Origin: Patescibacteria group bacterium
Lineage (GTDB): Bacteria > Patescibacteriota > Minisyncoccia > Phycocordibacterales > SIBU01
NCBI GenBank assembly: GCA_038063715.1
Contig: JBBTUO010000007.1
Coordinates: 1,540-65,539 of the forward strand
Reading direction: 5' to 3'
DNA: 64,000 nucleotides
Position numbers and translations under genes: made by a program. The notes beneath the pieces were generated by a model. The model worked only from the letters and a program-made list of their open reading frames with translations. It was not told the origin of the DNA and ran no database searches. Shown piece by piece: positions 18,355-28,017 of this stretch (position 1 is its first letter; every line of letters begins with the position of its first letter).

Positions 18355-19413
18355 TTATTCCTTCTTTGATTTTTCTATGCGCTCCTTTCGCTTGTACCAG
18401 CCAGCTTGTAATTTAACCTTATTTTCGTTTGCATAGGCTTCTGCTTTTCTAAACATCTCAAGTGCTTCGCCATTGCGTCCTCCATCTGAAAGTTCCGCAA
18501 AATCCTGAAAAAGCATCTCGAGATAATTCATAAACTTTCTATCGCGGCGTGCTTCAAAACCACCCGGGTGATCTGTGCCCTTGCCTGAATAGACTGTGGC
18601 GCTTGGAAATGTCTCTCCTATCGAATATAGTGCGGTAATCACAGTACCACCTCTATCCATCATGTCATCTGCAACAATAACTGTCGTTGTCGTTCCACCG
18701 GATTCACCTGCCTCAGAAACAGCTTTCTGATTTTCCTTATCAACCGCAATAACAAACGAATCTACGGAAAAAGAATTGTCCCCGTATCTCTCAACAATTT
18801 TTTTGACCAACTCTACATAAACACTTCCTCCGCTCAAAATGCCTCCAACTTTTGTGCCTTTTTGAAAAAACTTGTTTACGGCATTTATAGTCAGATCATT
18901 CGTGCCCCGTAAAAACTCGTCGAGCACATAACGCATTTCCTCTTGTGTGAGCTTGTGATTAGGTGTCTCTACCGACTTAGCTTTTTCGGCAACCCGAGCA
19001 AGCATATCATCTGTGGCGCGCAAAAGATTTTGTATCGAAAATTGCGGAGGGAGACCGTGTCCAGAACCAGCATCCTGCTCAGAATACTGACTAGATAGAC
19101 GTTTTGTACCCTCTACAAAAGAGGGGTCGACCGGAGACGGGGTATCCTCCAAAGACTGGGCCATAATTACGTTGGCCATTTGGGTAGACAATAGATGAGC
19201 CTCCTTCAAAACATTTTGACAAACAGCATAATCCTGCTCCGTCAGCGCCTCAGTTCTCAGCTTTCTTAAAACTCTAATCCCTTCTTGTAATTTTCTTTCG
19301 TTTTCCAACTTTAATTCGCGCTCTGCCTCAGAAAGCGCTGGTCGTTCCATTTTTTTAAAGCTTGTATGGCTACCGCCAAGCAACGCTTCGAAACCTCCTG
19401 AATTAAAAGACAT
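18355..19413 (-). CDS. Protein with C-terminal type I phosphoribosyltransferase-like domain
   Basis: A PRTase-type PRPP-binding motif (TTVIVADDMMDRGGTVITAL) in the C-terminal third. The N-terminal ~230 aa is unrecognised. Confidence 0.45.
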   Translation of the reverse strand: MSFNSGGFEALLGGSHTSFKKMERPALSEAERELKLENERKLQEGIRVLRKLRTEALTEQDYAVCQNVLKEAHLLSTQMANVIMAQSLEDTPSPVDPSFVEGTKRLSSQYSEQDAGSGHGLPPQFSIQNLLRATDDMLARVAEKAKSVETPNHKLTQEEMRYVLDEFLRGTNDLTINAVNKFFQKGTKVGGILSGGSVYVELVKKIVERYGDNSFSVDSFVIAVDKENQKAVSEAGESGGTTTTVIVADDMMDRGGTVITALYSIGETFPSATVYSGKGTDHPGGFEARRDRKFMNYLEMLFQDFAELSDGGRNGEALEMFRKAEAYANENKVKLQAGWYKRKERIEKSKKE

Positions 19414-19478
19414 AAAATTATATGCTTATATTAACAATTAGCGCATTTATGAACAAGGTTTCGCAGGTTTAGCAAATT

Positions 19479-19496
19479 ACTTTAGTTAACTAAAGT
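19479..19496. repeat. Perfect palindrome ACTTTAGTTAACTAAAGT (copy 1 of 3)
   Basis: Read directly. Lies in the purD / PRT-domain gene intergenic region. Confidence 0.8.
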
Positions 19497-19506
19497 GGAA
19501 AAATTT

Positions 19507-20775
19507 CTATCGAATAGATTTTTTACCGATATCTTTTCGGTATTGCATTCCCAAAAAAGAAATTTTTTCTAAACTTTTGTAAGCTGAAGAAAGCGCCGAT
19601 TCCAGCGTAGTGCCAGTCGCAGTTACTCCTAAAACGCGTCCCCCCGCGGTAACAATTTTTTTGCCCAAAGCTTTCGTGCCTGCATGAAAAACCACAGTAT
19701 CGCTATTCTTTTCCGCATCTCGAATACCCGTGATTTCATCGCCCTTTCTAGTTTCTTCGGGGTAGTTTTCGGCGGCCGCAACAACGCAACAGGCATAGCC
19801 TGATTTCCATTGTATATTCGTTTTACTCAATTTTCCATCAATACAGGACTCAATAACATTGATAATATCGCTATCCAAAAGTCTCATAAATGATTGGGTT
19901 TCCGGATCGCCAAATCGGGCATTGAATTCAAGTACTCGTATTCCATCCCCTGTGACCATAATTCCTGGGAAAAGAACTCCTCGAAACTCTCGGCCTCCTT
20001 TTGCCAAACCGCGAATCGTCGGGATCACAACCTTGTCTTTTATTTCCACCATTAAAGATTCGGTTACCCAAGGCACTGGCACGATGGTGCCCATGCCACC
20101 CGTGTTTGGTCCTTGATCATTTTCATGAATACGTTTGTGATCCTGGGCCGGCGGAAACAAAATAATTGATTCGCCATCAGAAAAAGCGTGTATAGAAATT
20201 TCTTGACCGTCTAAAAATTCTTCGATAACAATCTCGTTTCCAGCATCACCGAAAATCTTTTCATTCATACATGAATCGAGAACCTCAAGCGCCTCTTTTT
20301 CATTCTGTACTATACTCACACCTTTGCCGAAAGCCAGACCGCTTGCCTTTATCACTAGCGGGAATTTTTGCGTCTGAATATATGACTTGGCTTTTTCATA
20401 TTTAGTAAATATCTGACACGCAGCGGTAGGAATCCCCTCTTCAGCCATAAATTGCTTAGCAAAGCTTTTTGACCATTCAATTTGAGACGCTCGTTTTGTG
20501 GGACCAAAAACTCTGATATTTTTCGATTGTAAATAATCGACTATACCGTCAGCCAGCAAATTGTCCGGACCAACAATCACTAGATCTATTTTTTGTTGTA
20601 CACAAAAATCGGCAACCGAAGCATGGTTGCCTAAGTCGAGATCAATATTTTCTACGCCTTGCGCTGTACCCGGATTACCTGGCGCGACAAAAAGTTTCTC
20701 GACCCTCGGAGATTGTTTACACTTCCACGCGAGTGCGTGTTCTCGTCCACCGCTTCCTAAGATGAGGATGTTCAT
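19507..20775 (-). CDS. purD: Phosphoribosylamine--glycine ligase
   Basis: MNILILGSGGREHALAWK... is the ATP-grasp PurD signature. The 422-aa length is canonical. Confidence 0.92.
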   Translation of the reverse strand: MNILILGSGGREHALAWKCKQSPRVEKLFVAPGNPGTAQGVENIDLDLGNHASVADFCVQQKIDLVIVGPDNLLADGIVDYLQSKNIRVFGPTKRASQIEWSKSFAKQFMAEEGIPTAACQIFTKYEKAKSYIQTQKFPLVIKASGLAFGKGVSIVQNEKEALEVLDSCMNEKIFGDAGNEIVIEEFLDGQEISIHAFSDGESIILFPPAQDHKRIHENDQGPNTGGMGTIVPVPWVTESLMVEIKDKVVIPTIRGLAKGGREFRGVLFPGIMVTGDGIRVLEFNARFGDPETQSFMRLLDSDIINVIESCIDGKLSKTNIQWKSGYACCVVAAAENYPEETRKGDEITGIRDAEKNSDTVVFHAGTKALGKKIVTAGGRVLGVTATGTTLESALSSAYKSLEKISFLGMQYRKDIGKKSIR

Positions 20776-20779
20776 GGGA

Positions 20780-21107
20780 TTTTGATCTACTGAAAGCGCC
20801 GGGAAGTTCGACCCTTACAGGGTCAGTACCCCGATTGGTTTTTCTGGCACGCTTCGCTTCCAGAAAAAGCTCAATCGGGCTTCGATTCCCGGACGACTGT
20901 GCTCCCAGCACATTCTCGCCCTCGCTTCACTTGCTTAAAGCATCGAGGAATCTGTCACAACTCTTCTGCTTCGCTAAAGCTCCGCCACGAAGGTCGCGAC
21001 CCCGCCTCGCCGTCGCAAAGCGACATGCTCCGGCCTTCGATTCCCGGACGCGAGCAAAGCAGTTTGCTCGCTCTCCCCTCACTTCACTACGCCTAGCTCC
21101 GTTTCGT
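20780..21107. repeat. Two diverged tandem repeat units (~150 nt each) containing tRNA T-arm-like TTCGATTCCCGGACG and internal hairpins, adjacent to tRNA-Pro
   Basis: GGGCTTCGATTCCCGGACG at ~20877 and GGCCTTCGATTCCCGGACG at ~21033. Each is followed by a hairpin (TGTGCTCCCAGCACA and GAGCAAAGCAGTTTGCTCG) and CTC-rich tails. Overlapping ORFs on both strands have non-protein-like composition. Confidence 0.5.
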
Positions 21108-21178
21108 TCGGGGCGCCGGGAATCGAACCCGGGCCGCATGATCCCAAATCATGAATACTACCGCTATAATACGCCCCG
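21108..21178 (-). tRNA. tRNA-Pro (anticodon TGG)
   Basis: The reverse complement gives a 7-bp acceptor stem CGGGGCG/CGCCCCG, an anticodon stem-loop CAUGA-UUUGGGA-UCAUG and a T-arm CCCGG-GUUCGAUU-CCCGG. Confidence 0.85.
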
Positions 21179-21230
21179 TAGAAACCACAGCTTATCATAA
21201 AAACTAAAAAACAGCCAAGAGGCCTTTTTT

Positions 21231-21638
21231 CTATAAAATTAGATCTTCCAAAATTTTTAATCTTGCAATTTTGTTTTTCGAATCAAGCAAAACGGTAACA
21301 ACATCAAATTGCCACTCGGTCTCCTCCCCCACCCTTTTTTCTAATAAATAAACTTGTATGGCTCGCGAGAGGCGTTTCAGCTTCCAAGGATGGACATTGT
21401 CCTCAGGCCTAGAACTGTCCGCTGTTTCAGGTGTAACATTCAAAAGATCCTCGCGGGACACGGTTTTTACTTCAACAAAGTGGATCCTCCCAGCCTTTTT
21501 AACAATTACGTCTATTTCTCCAAATTTCCTTCTATAGTTCCTGTCGATGACATCATAGCCCTTATTCACAAGGAATTTAGAGGCTATTTCCTCTCCCAAA
21601 GCCCCTATTTTCTGCTTTTCAGTAGGCTCTCGTTTCAT
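21231..21638 (-). CDS. YraN-family (UPF0102) endonuclease
   Basis: ALGEEIASKFLVNKGYDVIDRNYRRKFGEIDVIVKKAGRIHFVEVKT is the classic UPF0102 pattern. Confidence 0.7.
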   Translation of the reverse strand: MKREPTEKQKIGALGEEIASKFLVNKGYDVIDRNYRRKFGEIDVIVKKAGRIHFVEVKTVSREDLLNVTPETADSSRPEDNVHPWKLKRLSRAIQVYLLEKRVGEETEWQFDVVTVLLDSKNKIARLKILEDLIL

Positions 21639-21893
21639 AAGAAACCTTAATTAATGTTTTCACGTGAAACATTCGCTGTTTTTTATGAATAAAAGCATGT
21701 CTTTTTTAAAATACCTATATTTTAAAGCGTTTAATGGTATTTTGATGTGAAAATTCTGCTAACTCTGCAAGTGTCCTTTATACACACATCCCCACAGTTA
21801 TCCCCAGTTTTACTGTTTTTTCCTTAAAATAAGCCGTTTTGGGTAGGGGATAAGAAGTGGGTAAATCGTGTCCTTTTAGAATTATTTGAATTG

Positions 21894-21964
21894 TGCGGGT
21901 GCCGGGAATCGAACCCGGGACTAAATCTTGGCAAGATCTCGTTTTACCACTAAACCACACCCGC
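21894..21964 (-). tRNA. tRNA-Gly (anticodon GCC)
   Basis: The reverse complement is GCGGGUGUGGUUUAGUGGUAAAACGAGAUCUUGCCAAGAUUUAGUCCCGGGUUCGAUUCCCGGCACCCGCA. Anticodon loop UUGCCAA. Confidence 0.85.
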
Positions 21965-21968
21965 AATT

Positions 21969-22634
21969 TTATTTTGAAACAGAAAGATCCTCGGAGGCCA
22001 GTTGCAACCATGCTAACATCTTTTCTTTAAAATATCTATTGTGGAAAGCGACATTACAAACTCCATAGCTTAATCGACGAACTGAACTCTTGCCTTTAAT
22101 TGTAATACTATTACGAAAATTACTTTCACCTAAAGTAATTTTTTCCTTCCAAAAATTCCTACAAACATCGTCTTTTAAATCCGGGTAAAGCAACAACCAC
22201 ACAGTAATTTTTTCAACTTCAATTTTGCAAATTTCTCTTAAAAACCTAATGAAAACCTTGATCATTAGGGGTTCGGTATTCGCAATACCACAGCGATATT
22301 TTGACCTCTTATCTCCTTCGCCCCAATAAATCATTAAACCGGCTATAAATAGGGGATTTGTGCGAAATTTTTTGTACTCATCTTTGGCTTCACGCCTTGC
22401 GTCATCATACGAATCAGTCAGCTTTTTCATCCTTGCCGTGTGCATAAGTTTTAATTTGTAAGAATTTTTTGTTGACGCTTTGGAAGCCAGCCGAGATTTT
22501 ATTTCACTCGACCAAGCCTCATTCTTAAACCAATCTGACAAAATCGCCATGGACATGCCCAATATTTTCCTGATCTCCTGATAACTCCTGCCTTGCTTCC
22601 TCAATTCAAATGCTTTTTGTTTATCGAATCGCAT
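21969..22634 (-). CDS. HTH + LAGLIDADG-like domain protein, paralog B
   Basis: N-terminal HTH (ELRKQGRSYQEIRKILGMSMAILSDWF). LAGLIDADG-like motif NPLFIAGLMIYWGEGDKR. The stop abuts tRNA-Gly on the same strand. Confidence 0.5.
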   Translation of the reverse strand: MRFDKQKAFELRKQGRSYQEIRKILGMSMAILSDWFKNEAWSSEIKSRLASKASTKNSYKLKLMHTARMKKLTDSYDDARREAKDEYKKFRTNPLFIAGLMIYWGEGDKRSKYRCGIANTEPLMIKVFIRFLREICKIEVEKITVWLLLYPDLKDDVCRNFWKEKITLGESNFRNSITIKGKSSVRRLSYGVCNVAFHNRYFKEKMLAWLQLASEDLSVSK

Positions 22635-22719
22635 AAACAGTATTATATAACATCTAATAGATAGTTCAATATCAATTATTTCGGATTTTGTGTATAATAA
22701 TTAAATTAACAAATAAACT

Positions 22720-22791
22720 GCGCCTATAGTGAAATGGATATCATACCTGCCTTCGAAGCAGATGTTCCAGGTTCGAATCCTGGTGGGCGCA
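22720..22791 (+). tRNA. tRNA-Arg (anticodon TCG)
   Basis: GCGCCUAUAGUGAAAUGGAUAUCAUACCUGCCUUCGAAGCAGAUGUUCCAGGUUCGAAUCCUGGUGGGCGCA. Anticodon loop CUUCGAA and T-loop GGUUCGAAUCC. Confidence 0.85.
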
Positions 22792-22798
22792 CAAAATT

Positions 22799-24295
22799 AT
22801 GAAGAAAAGTGAGCATTTCGATCTCCCCGAAGAAGTAGTGACGATTGCAAAAACCCTTAAAACGGCTAATTTTCAGGCCTATTTGATCGGAGGCTGTGTT
22901 CGAGACATTCTACTCGATCGTAAACCGAAAGATTGGGATTTCACAACAAATGCTACACCGGAAGAAATAATAAAGCTGTTTCCAAAAACTTTTTATGAAA
23001 ACGCCTATGGAACTGTCGGGGTTGTGAATGAAACTGCTACCGATGAAACACTTAAGGTTGTGGAGATAACTCCATACCGCCTAGAAGCAACCTACAAAGA
23101 TTTTCGTCGCCCAAGCGAAGTAAAGTGGAGCGATAAATTGGAAGACGATCTACAGCGGCGAGATTTTACAATTAACGCTATCGCGCTTGAGATCGGTGAA
23201 AAAGTAGGGGATTCGTATAAGAGACAATTGACTGACCTATATAAAGGACAAGAGGATTTGGCTCGTAAAACTGTAAAGACCGTGGGCGACCCTCATGACC
23301 GTTTCAGCGAGGACGCCCTGAGAATGCTCAGGGCGATCCGAATCGCCACCGAACTTGGTTTCACCATTGATACTGAAACGGCTTCAGCTATAGCTAAATA
23401 CGCTCATTTACTTAAGGAAATAGCCCAGGAACGCATTCGGGATGAGTTTGTAAGGATAATAATGTCTGACAACCCTATGGTTGGCGTTATTTTGTGTCAA
23501 AAGCTCGGTATTTTGCAATATGTTGCACATGAAACAGAGAAGGCCATCGGAATAGAGCAAAACCAGGCCCACGCTTTTGATGTTTGGGAGCACCTCCTAC
23601 GATCGCTCCAACACGCTGCTGACAAGAAATGGCCCCTAGAAATAAGGCTTGCAGCCCTGTTTCATGATATTTCCAAGCCTGAAACACGAAGATCGTCTCC
23701 GAAAACAAAGTGGACATTCTACGGCCACGAAGTGGTTGGTTCACGTGTAACCAAGAAAATTCTTGAAAGACTCAAGTTCCCATCAAAAACCATTGAGACG
23801 GTCACGAAACTGGTTCGCTGGCACATGTTTTTCTCTGATACGGAGCAAATCACACCATCTGCCGTGAGACGCCTAATTGCCAAGGTGGGTAAGGACAATG
23901 TCTGGGATCTGATGAATCTACGCATCTGTGACCGAATAGGCACTGGCAGACCTAAAGAAAACCCTTACCGACTACGCAAATATAAGGCAATGATTGAAGA
24001 GGTAATGAGGGATCCGGTATCAGTGGGGATGCTTAAAATTGATGGAAACAAGTTAACTGATGTTACACATGTAACACCTGGACCTAAAATAGGGCAAATA
24101 TTGAACGCTTTGCTTGAGGAGGTGCTTGAAAATCCGAAACTCAATACCGAGGAATACCTAGAGAATAGGGCGGTGGAACTATCAAAGGTTTCAGATGAAA
24201 CACTAAAAACGCTCGCTGATAAGGGAAAAGAGGCCAAAAATGAGCTCGAGGAGGAGAGTATTAAGGAAATTAGAGACAAATATAAGGTGGAGTAG
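22799..24295 (+). CDS. cca: CCA-adding tRNA nucleotidyltransferase / poly(A) polymerase family with HD domain
   Basis: N-terminal Pol-beta-like motif GGCVRDILLDRKPKDWDFTT. HD motif LFHDISKP. Lies directly downstream of tRNA-Arg. Confidence 0.85.
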   Translation: MKKSEHFDLPEEVVTIAKTLKTANFQAYLIGGCVRDILLDRKPKDWDFTTNATPEEIIKLFPKTFYENAYGTVGVVNETATDETLKVVEITPYRLEATYKDFRRPSEVKWSDKLEDDLQRRDFTINAIALEIGEKVGDSYKRQLTDLYKGQEDLARKTVKTVGDPHDRFSEDALRMLRAIRIATELGFTIDTETASAIAKYAHLLKEIAQERIRDEFVRIIMSDNPMVGVILCQKLGILQYVAHETEKAIGIEQNQAHAFDVWEHLLRSLQHAADKKWPLEIRLAALFHDISKPETRRSSPKTKWTFYGHEVVGSRVTKKILERLKFPSKTIETVTKLVRWHMFFSDTEQITPSAVRRLIAKVGKDNVWDLMNLRICDRIGTGRPKENPYRLRKYKAMIEEVMRDPVSVGMLKIDGNKLTDVTHVTPGPKIGQILNALLEEVLENPKLNTEEYLENRAVELSKVSDETLKTLADKGKEAKNELEEESIKEIRDKYKVE

Positions 24296-24826
24296 TAGCA
24301 AAATGTCGGGGAGGATTTCAATTTCGAGTACAGTTCGAGGCGGGAGTTCAATTTGTGACTAAGCTGTACAGTAGTACTGCGAAGGAGCAAATTGGGCTCC
24401 CAACGATGAAATGTGCCGAAATTGGAATCCGACAAAGAGAAAACCGCCTATGGGCGGTCTTTGTCGTTAGAACATGTTTACAAAATTCATCCGGTGATAA
24501 ATCCTGGGAACATGCTCTAAATTCAAATTGGCACAAAAGCGGTTTTAAGATAGGAGATCCTGTCTTGTTTACTTGATTTAGGTTTGAAAAATATAATCCG
24601 AAAGTGAGAAAAAATGAGAAAATATTTTCAAACGAAAAGCGAAACTGTCAGGGATCTCAAAATAGAGAGTAGATTCTCAAAGAACATTTATTGGGGAAGC
24701 ACATCTTCACACCAACGACTACTTCTCTATGAAATAGTATACACCCTATCAAGGACATGTAAAAGACATACCTGTGGATAACTCTATTTCTTTTTGTCCT
24801 TTATAAAAGACAGCCGTTTTGGGCCT

Positions 24827-25642
24827 CTATATAAGGCCATTGTCCGGTCGCGTTGAAATTTCTTTTTTAGTTTCTGAGTCTAATCTTTTCGCTTCCGCCC
24901 ACGCAAGCTCATAAATTTTTTTCATTGCGTCGGCAATTTCTTCGCTTTCAATAATAATCCCGAGCTTCTCTCGCCACGACGCGATCATCACTTTGTTATC
25001 GTAGATATTTATTTCTGGAGAAAAATAATATTTCTCCGATGACACAAGTGCGGTTTCTCGTTTCTCATCTTTGTCCTGTTTTTTTCGTTCTCGCCCAATA
25101 GTTGTTTCCGGAACAATTGCACGAATTGAGATATTTTTCTCCGCTCTCTGTTTGTAATACTTCGGGAAATAGTTGGGGAGTGCTTTATGCATGTCATCTA
25201 CATTTGCATAGGCCCGAATAGGCTCGGAGCTCGTCAAAGTATCTTCATATACGTATTCAAGACCATCTGTTCCCTCGTAAAATCGGATCTTTGGGCGATT
25301 TTCAAGAGAGTAGAGAACATTCAGCTCCGGCAATATTTTTTCTGACTGTTTAATAAAGCCTTCGGTCTGTGAAATTTGCCGTTTCAAATATTCTGTAACG
25401 GCCGTTGGTGGTTCAGGTGCATATTCCTGCTTTGGCTCCTTCCCAGACACGCTGGCCAACTTTTTACTAACTAAAGAGCCGAGAATATCGTAGCCGGTAG
25501 TGCGATTTATCCCTGCCTTGAGTGAAATCTTGGAAACCGTCGCCCTTCCAAGTTCGAGTAGGGCAATATAGACATCAACTTCTTTTTCGCTAAAACCAAA
25601 TGACTGAAGGTTGATTTTTAGTTGGGTGTATTTCTGTTCCAT
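24827..25642 (-). CDS. TrmB-family transcriptional regulator (paralog 3)
   Basis: N-terminal wHTH FGFSEKEVDVYIALLELGRATVSKISLKAGINRTTGYDILGSLVSKKL. The C-terminus (EEIADAMKKIYELAWAEAKRL) is shared with the remnant at 28093-28190. Confidence 0.7.
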   Translation of the reverse strand: MEQKYTQLKINLQSFGFSEKEVDVYIALLELGRATVSKISLKAGINRTTGYDILGSLVSKKLASVSGKEPKQEYAPEPPTAVTEYLKRQISQTEGFIKQSEKILPELNVLYSLENRPKIRFYEGTDGLEYVYEDTLTSSEPIRAYANVDDMHKALPNYFPKYYKQRAEKNISIRAIVPETTIGRERKKQDKDEKRETALVSSEKYYFSPEINIYDNKVMIASWREKLGIIIESEEIADAMKKIYELAWAEAKRLDSETKKEISTRPDNGLI

Positions 25643-25978
25643 GCGGTAAGCATATCAAAAATGCCTGATTGTGTCAATTATTTTCCACAAAAATACGCCT
25701 TATTGCCTAAATAGATTGATAAATATGGCTATTTCTATATTTAAAATGACGATTATATTTGACAATAAATAGAATATTGGGTATAGTTATGCAAGATAAG
25801 TTTCGGTAGCTCATTGAAATGCGCACTCAATAATTCATAGTGAAAGCACCGTTTCGATAGATGGAAGGTGGGTGTACTCTAGAGCCCACCACCCATCTAT
25901 CGAGTGAGGCAAAAAGCCGATTCTGCCAACGCAGGATTAGAAAAATCACAATTACGATGATTTTTCTTCATAGAATAG

Positions 25979-27232
25979 GTGCTCTCCGCTATGAAAAACA
26001 TCTTCCCGAACGTCCCCGCCTCCCTTCCAAGAAAAAGTGAATTGCCTCCGAACGGCACATGTCGCATGATCTGGAAGTGGAGCTACCCCGCCACAAGAAT
26101 GAGGGAAACGGTTGTAATCAAGGGAGAGGTTGTAAAAAAACTTCTTACCCTCGACCTCAACATTCCCGAATCCGGGTTTGCAACAAAAGTGAACAATGCA
26201 TCGCTCGCTGATGCAAAGAACATTTTTGTCGCAAACTACCCGTGCCCACACAAGTGTCCGGGCTGTTTCAACAACGCTGAGCTCCACAATCCAATCCTTA
26301 CCTTGGAAGAGATTTGGGGTATTGTGGACCAGGCGCTGGAACTCGGTCTCGAATCGGTAAAGTTTCTTGGGCCAGGCGAACTTCTCGCCAACCCTGAGAT
26401 CTTCACGGTTCTTGACGGGTTCCGCAGACGGAACATCGTGGTCGGCATCTTCACCAAGGGAGCAATAATGGGAAATGATGTGCTTGCATATCATTACCAT
26501 GGGATGAGTTCGGAAGAATTCACTCGCAAGCTCGTGTCATACCCGAATATGACATTCCTTGTTGGGGGCCGGTCATTCGACCCCCACTTCGAGAACCTCT
26601 TCATTCCGAGGAATGAAAGGCAGATCGATGTGAAGTTCGACTACCACGCTGCGCGCGGACTCGCTATTGAGCGACTTTGCAAATCTGGAATGAATGCTGA
26701 CCTTGAGAAACCTAGGCTGGCAATCATCTGTAGTCCAGTGACTTCCCAAAACATTGGTTGCGTGGGTGAGATATACAAATGGGGTGCCGAAAGGAACATC
26801 CCTGTGTATCTTCCACCAACGATGGTATCTGGGAAAGGCCATAAACTGGTGAAAAGTGCTTCGGACAAAAAATTCGAGGATGACTACATCAAATTGGCCG
26901 CCGATGTTTACACTTGGGCGATTGAGCGGGGAGTTATGACCCTCGAACAATTCGAACAAGAGGGGCCACATCCCTACATCGGAGTTGCACCCTGCAACCA
27001 GCTCACTCACGGCCTCTACGTTCACTACGACGGAGCGGTGTGGCGTTGCCCCGGTAACGACACACCCGACTTCGTGGTAAATGAGAACATCCGCAACACA
27101 CCTCTCGTTGAAATCTGGCGTGGTAGCAAAAACTACCGCATCAACAAATTCAACAACGGATGTGTGAAGGATGACATCTCGCTACCTCGCCGGTTTTATC
27201 GCGAGGTGAAGGACAAGGTTCAACGGCAGTAG
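25979..27232 (+). CDS. Radical SAM protein with Cys-rich C-terminal (SPASM/twitch-like) region
   Basis: Canonical CxxxCxxC (NYPCPHKCPGC). Six further Cys in the C-terminal half (CSPVTSQNIGC, APCNQ, WRCPGN, NGCVKDD). GC content is higher than flanking DNA. The start may be at 25991 (MKNIF). Confidence 0.7.
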   Translation: MLSAMKNIFPNVPASLPRKSELPPNGTCRMIWKWSYPATRMRETVVIKGEVVKKLLTLDLNIPESGFATKVNNASLADAKNIFVANYPCPHKCPGCFNNAELHNPILTLEEIWGIVDQALELGLESVKFLGPGELLANPEIFTVLDGFRRRNIVVGIFTKGAIMGNDVLAYHYHGMSSEEFTRKLVSYPNMTFLVGGRSFDPHFENLFIPRNERQIDVKFDYHAARGLAIERLCKSGMNADLEKPRLAIICSPVTSQNIGCVGEIYKWGAERNIPVYLPPTMVSGKGHKLVKSASDKKFEDDYIKLAADVYTWAIERGVMTLEQFEQEGPHPYIGVAPCNQLTHGLYVHYDGAVWRCPGNDTPDFVVNENIRNTPLVEIWRGSKNYRINKFNNGCVKDDISLPRRFYREVKDKVQRQ

Positions 27233-27270
27233 TTCTGCCACACGCTCTGGAGAATAGCGTCCAACTCCAA

Positions 27271-27300
27271 CCTCGCAAGCAATTGCGAGGTTTTTCTTTT
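27271..27300 (+). terminator. Rho-independent terminator after the radical SAM gene
   Basis: CCTCGCAA-gcaa-TTGCGAGG followed by TTTTTCTTTT. Confidence 0.7.
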
Positions 27301-27303
27301 GCC

Positions 27304-27388
27304 CAGTTTTGCCCGCGCTACTCCGTGGTCGCAACAACTGAGGCCGTCGCACATACCTCTTTATCCATGGTTCGACGCAACTTGATCA
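27304..27388 (+). repeat. ~85-bp double-hairpin repeat, copy A (diverged)
   Basis: TTTTGCCCGCGCTACTCCGTGGTCGCAACAACTGAGGCCGTCGCAC...CGACGCAACTTGA. Aligns with copies at 29215-29300, 29366-29410, 34950-35010 and 42725-42815 (reverse orientation). Confidence 0.7.
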
Positions 27389-27396
27389 GAACCATT

Positions 27397-27416
27397 TACT
27401 TTAGTTAACTAAAGTA
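27397..27416. repeat. Perfect palindrome TACTTTAGTTAACTAAAGTA (copy 2 of 3)
   Basis: Read directly. Confidence 0.8.
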
Positions 27417-27564
27417 TCCGTAAAGAAGTTTTATTCAACATTAAAAACTAAAAGTATTCTTGTTACGAACTTGATAATTTTTTTAAAAAATTAATTTTCA
27501 AAATCAAAATAGAAAAAGAAGAGCCCGTCGCTTGTGTGCGACGGGCTTTGTGAAAGTTCACGGA

Positions 27565-28017
27565 TCAACTTGCCGGAGGGGAGACCGGAACAACGAGCGG
27601 AACCGGGAGACAAGCGCCCAGGAAATTGTCACTGGGATTAAGCAGGCGGCGAAGAACGAAACCGTGAGAGATAATTGCGCCATCGGCACAGGGCACTGTG
27701 CCCGCCTGGCCATTGGGACACAAACTTTCGATGATATCCATGGCGCCACCCTCGTTCAGCGCCTTGGCCGAGGCTAACCAAACTACACCGTTGGTGGTGA
27801 CCACGACCAAAAGGCCAGCGTCTACGTTCCAGCAGCCGAGGGCGCTGGAAGAGATTTGGCCACCATCGGTAAGGCGAGCGCCAGCCATTTTCATGACGGG
27901 CAAGCCGGTGACGTTGACAAAACCGAGAGGTGCCAAAAGGTCCTCTCCTAACAAGGTGCTGTGTGTGCTCATAAGTGCGTGGGGGGGGGTAACAGGTTTA
28001 TCTGATTGTCCGAGCAA
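27565..28017 (-). CDS. Hypothetical Gly/Ala/Val-rich protein with several Cys, in a GC-rich insert (coding strand uncertain)
   Basis: 150-aa ORF, probably starting at the internal MSTHS. Convergent with the radical SAM gene. A competing 113-aa ORF on the plus strand (27698..28039). Composition is unlike the surrounding genome. Confidence 0.3.
   Translation of the reverse strand: MLGQSDKPVTPPHALMSTHSTLLGEDLLAPLGFVNVTGLPVMKMAGARLTDGGQISSSALGCWNVDAGLLVVVTTNGVVWLASAKALNEGGAMDIIESLCPNGQAGTVPCADGAIISHGFVLRRLLNPSDNFLGACLPVPLVVPVSPPAS

Noticed and set aside
20835-21200. ORFs 20835..21200 (+), 20899..21096 (+), 20927..21139 (-), 20717..20911 (-)
   Set aside because: They overlap each other and the tRNA-Pro gene, and lie in a repeat region with Arg/Ser/Pro-rich translations.
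25952-27025. Minus-strand ORFs 25952..26500 and 26573..27025 inside the radical SAM gene
   Set aside because: They are antisense to a gene with a clear CxxxCxxC motif and coherent domain structure. They have no independent support.
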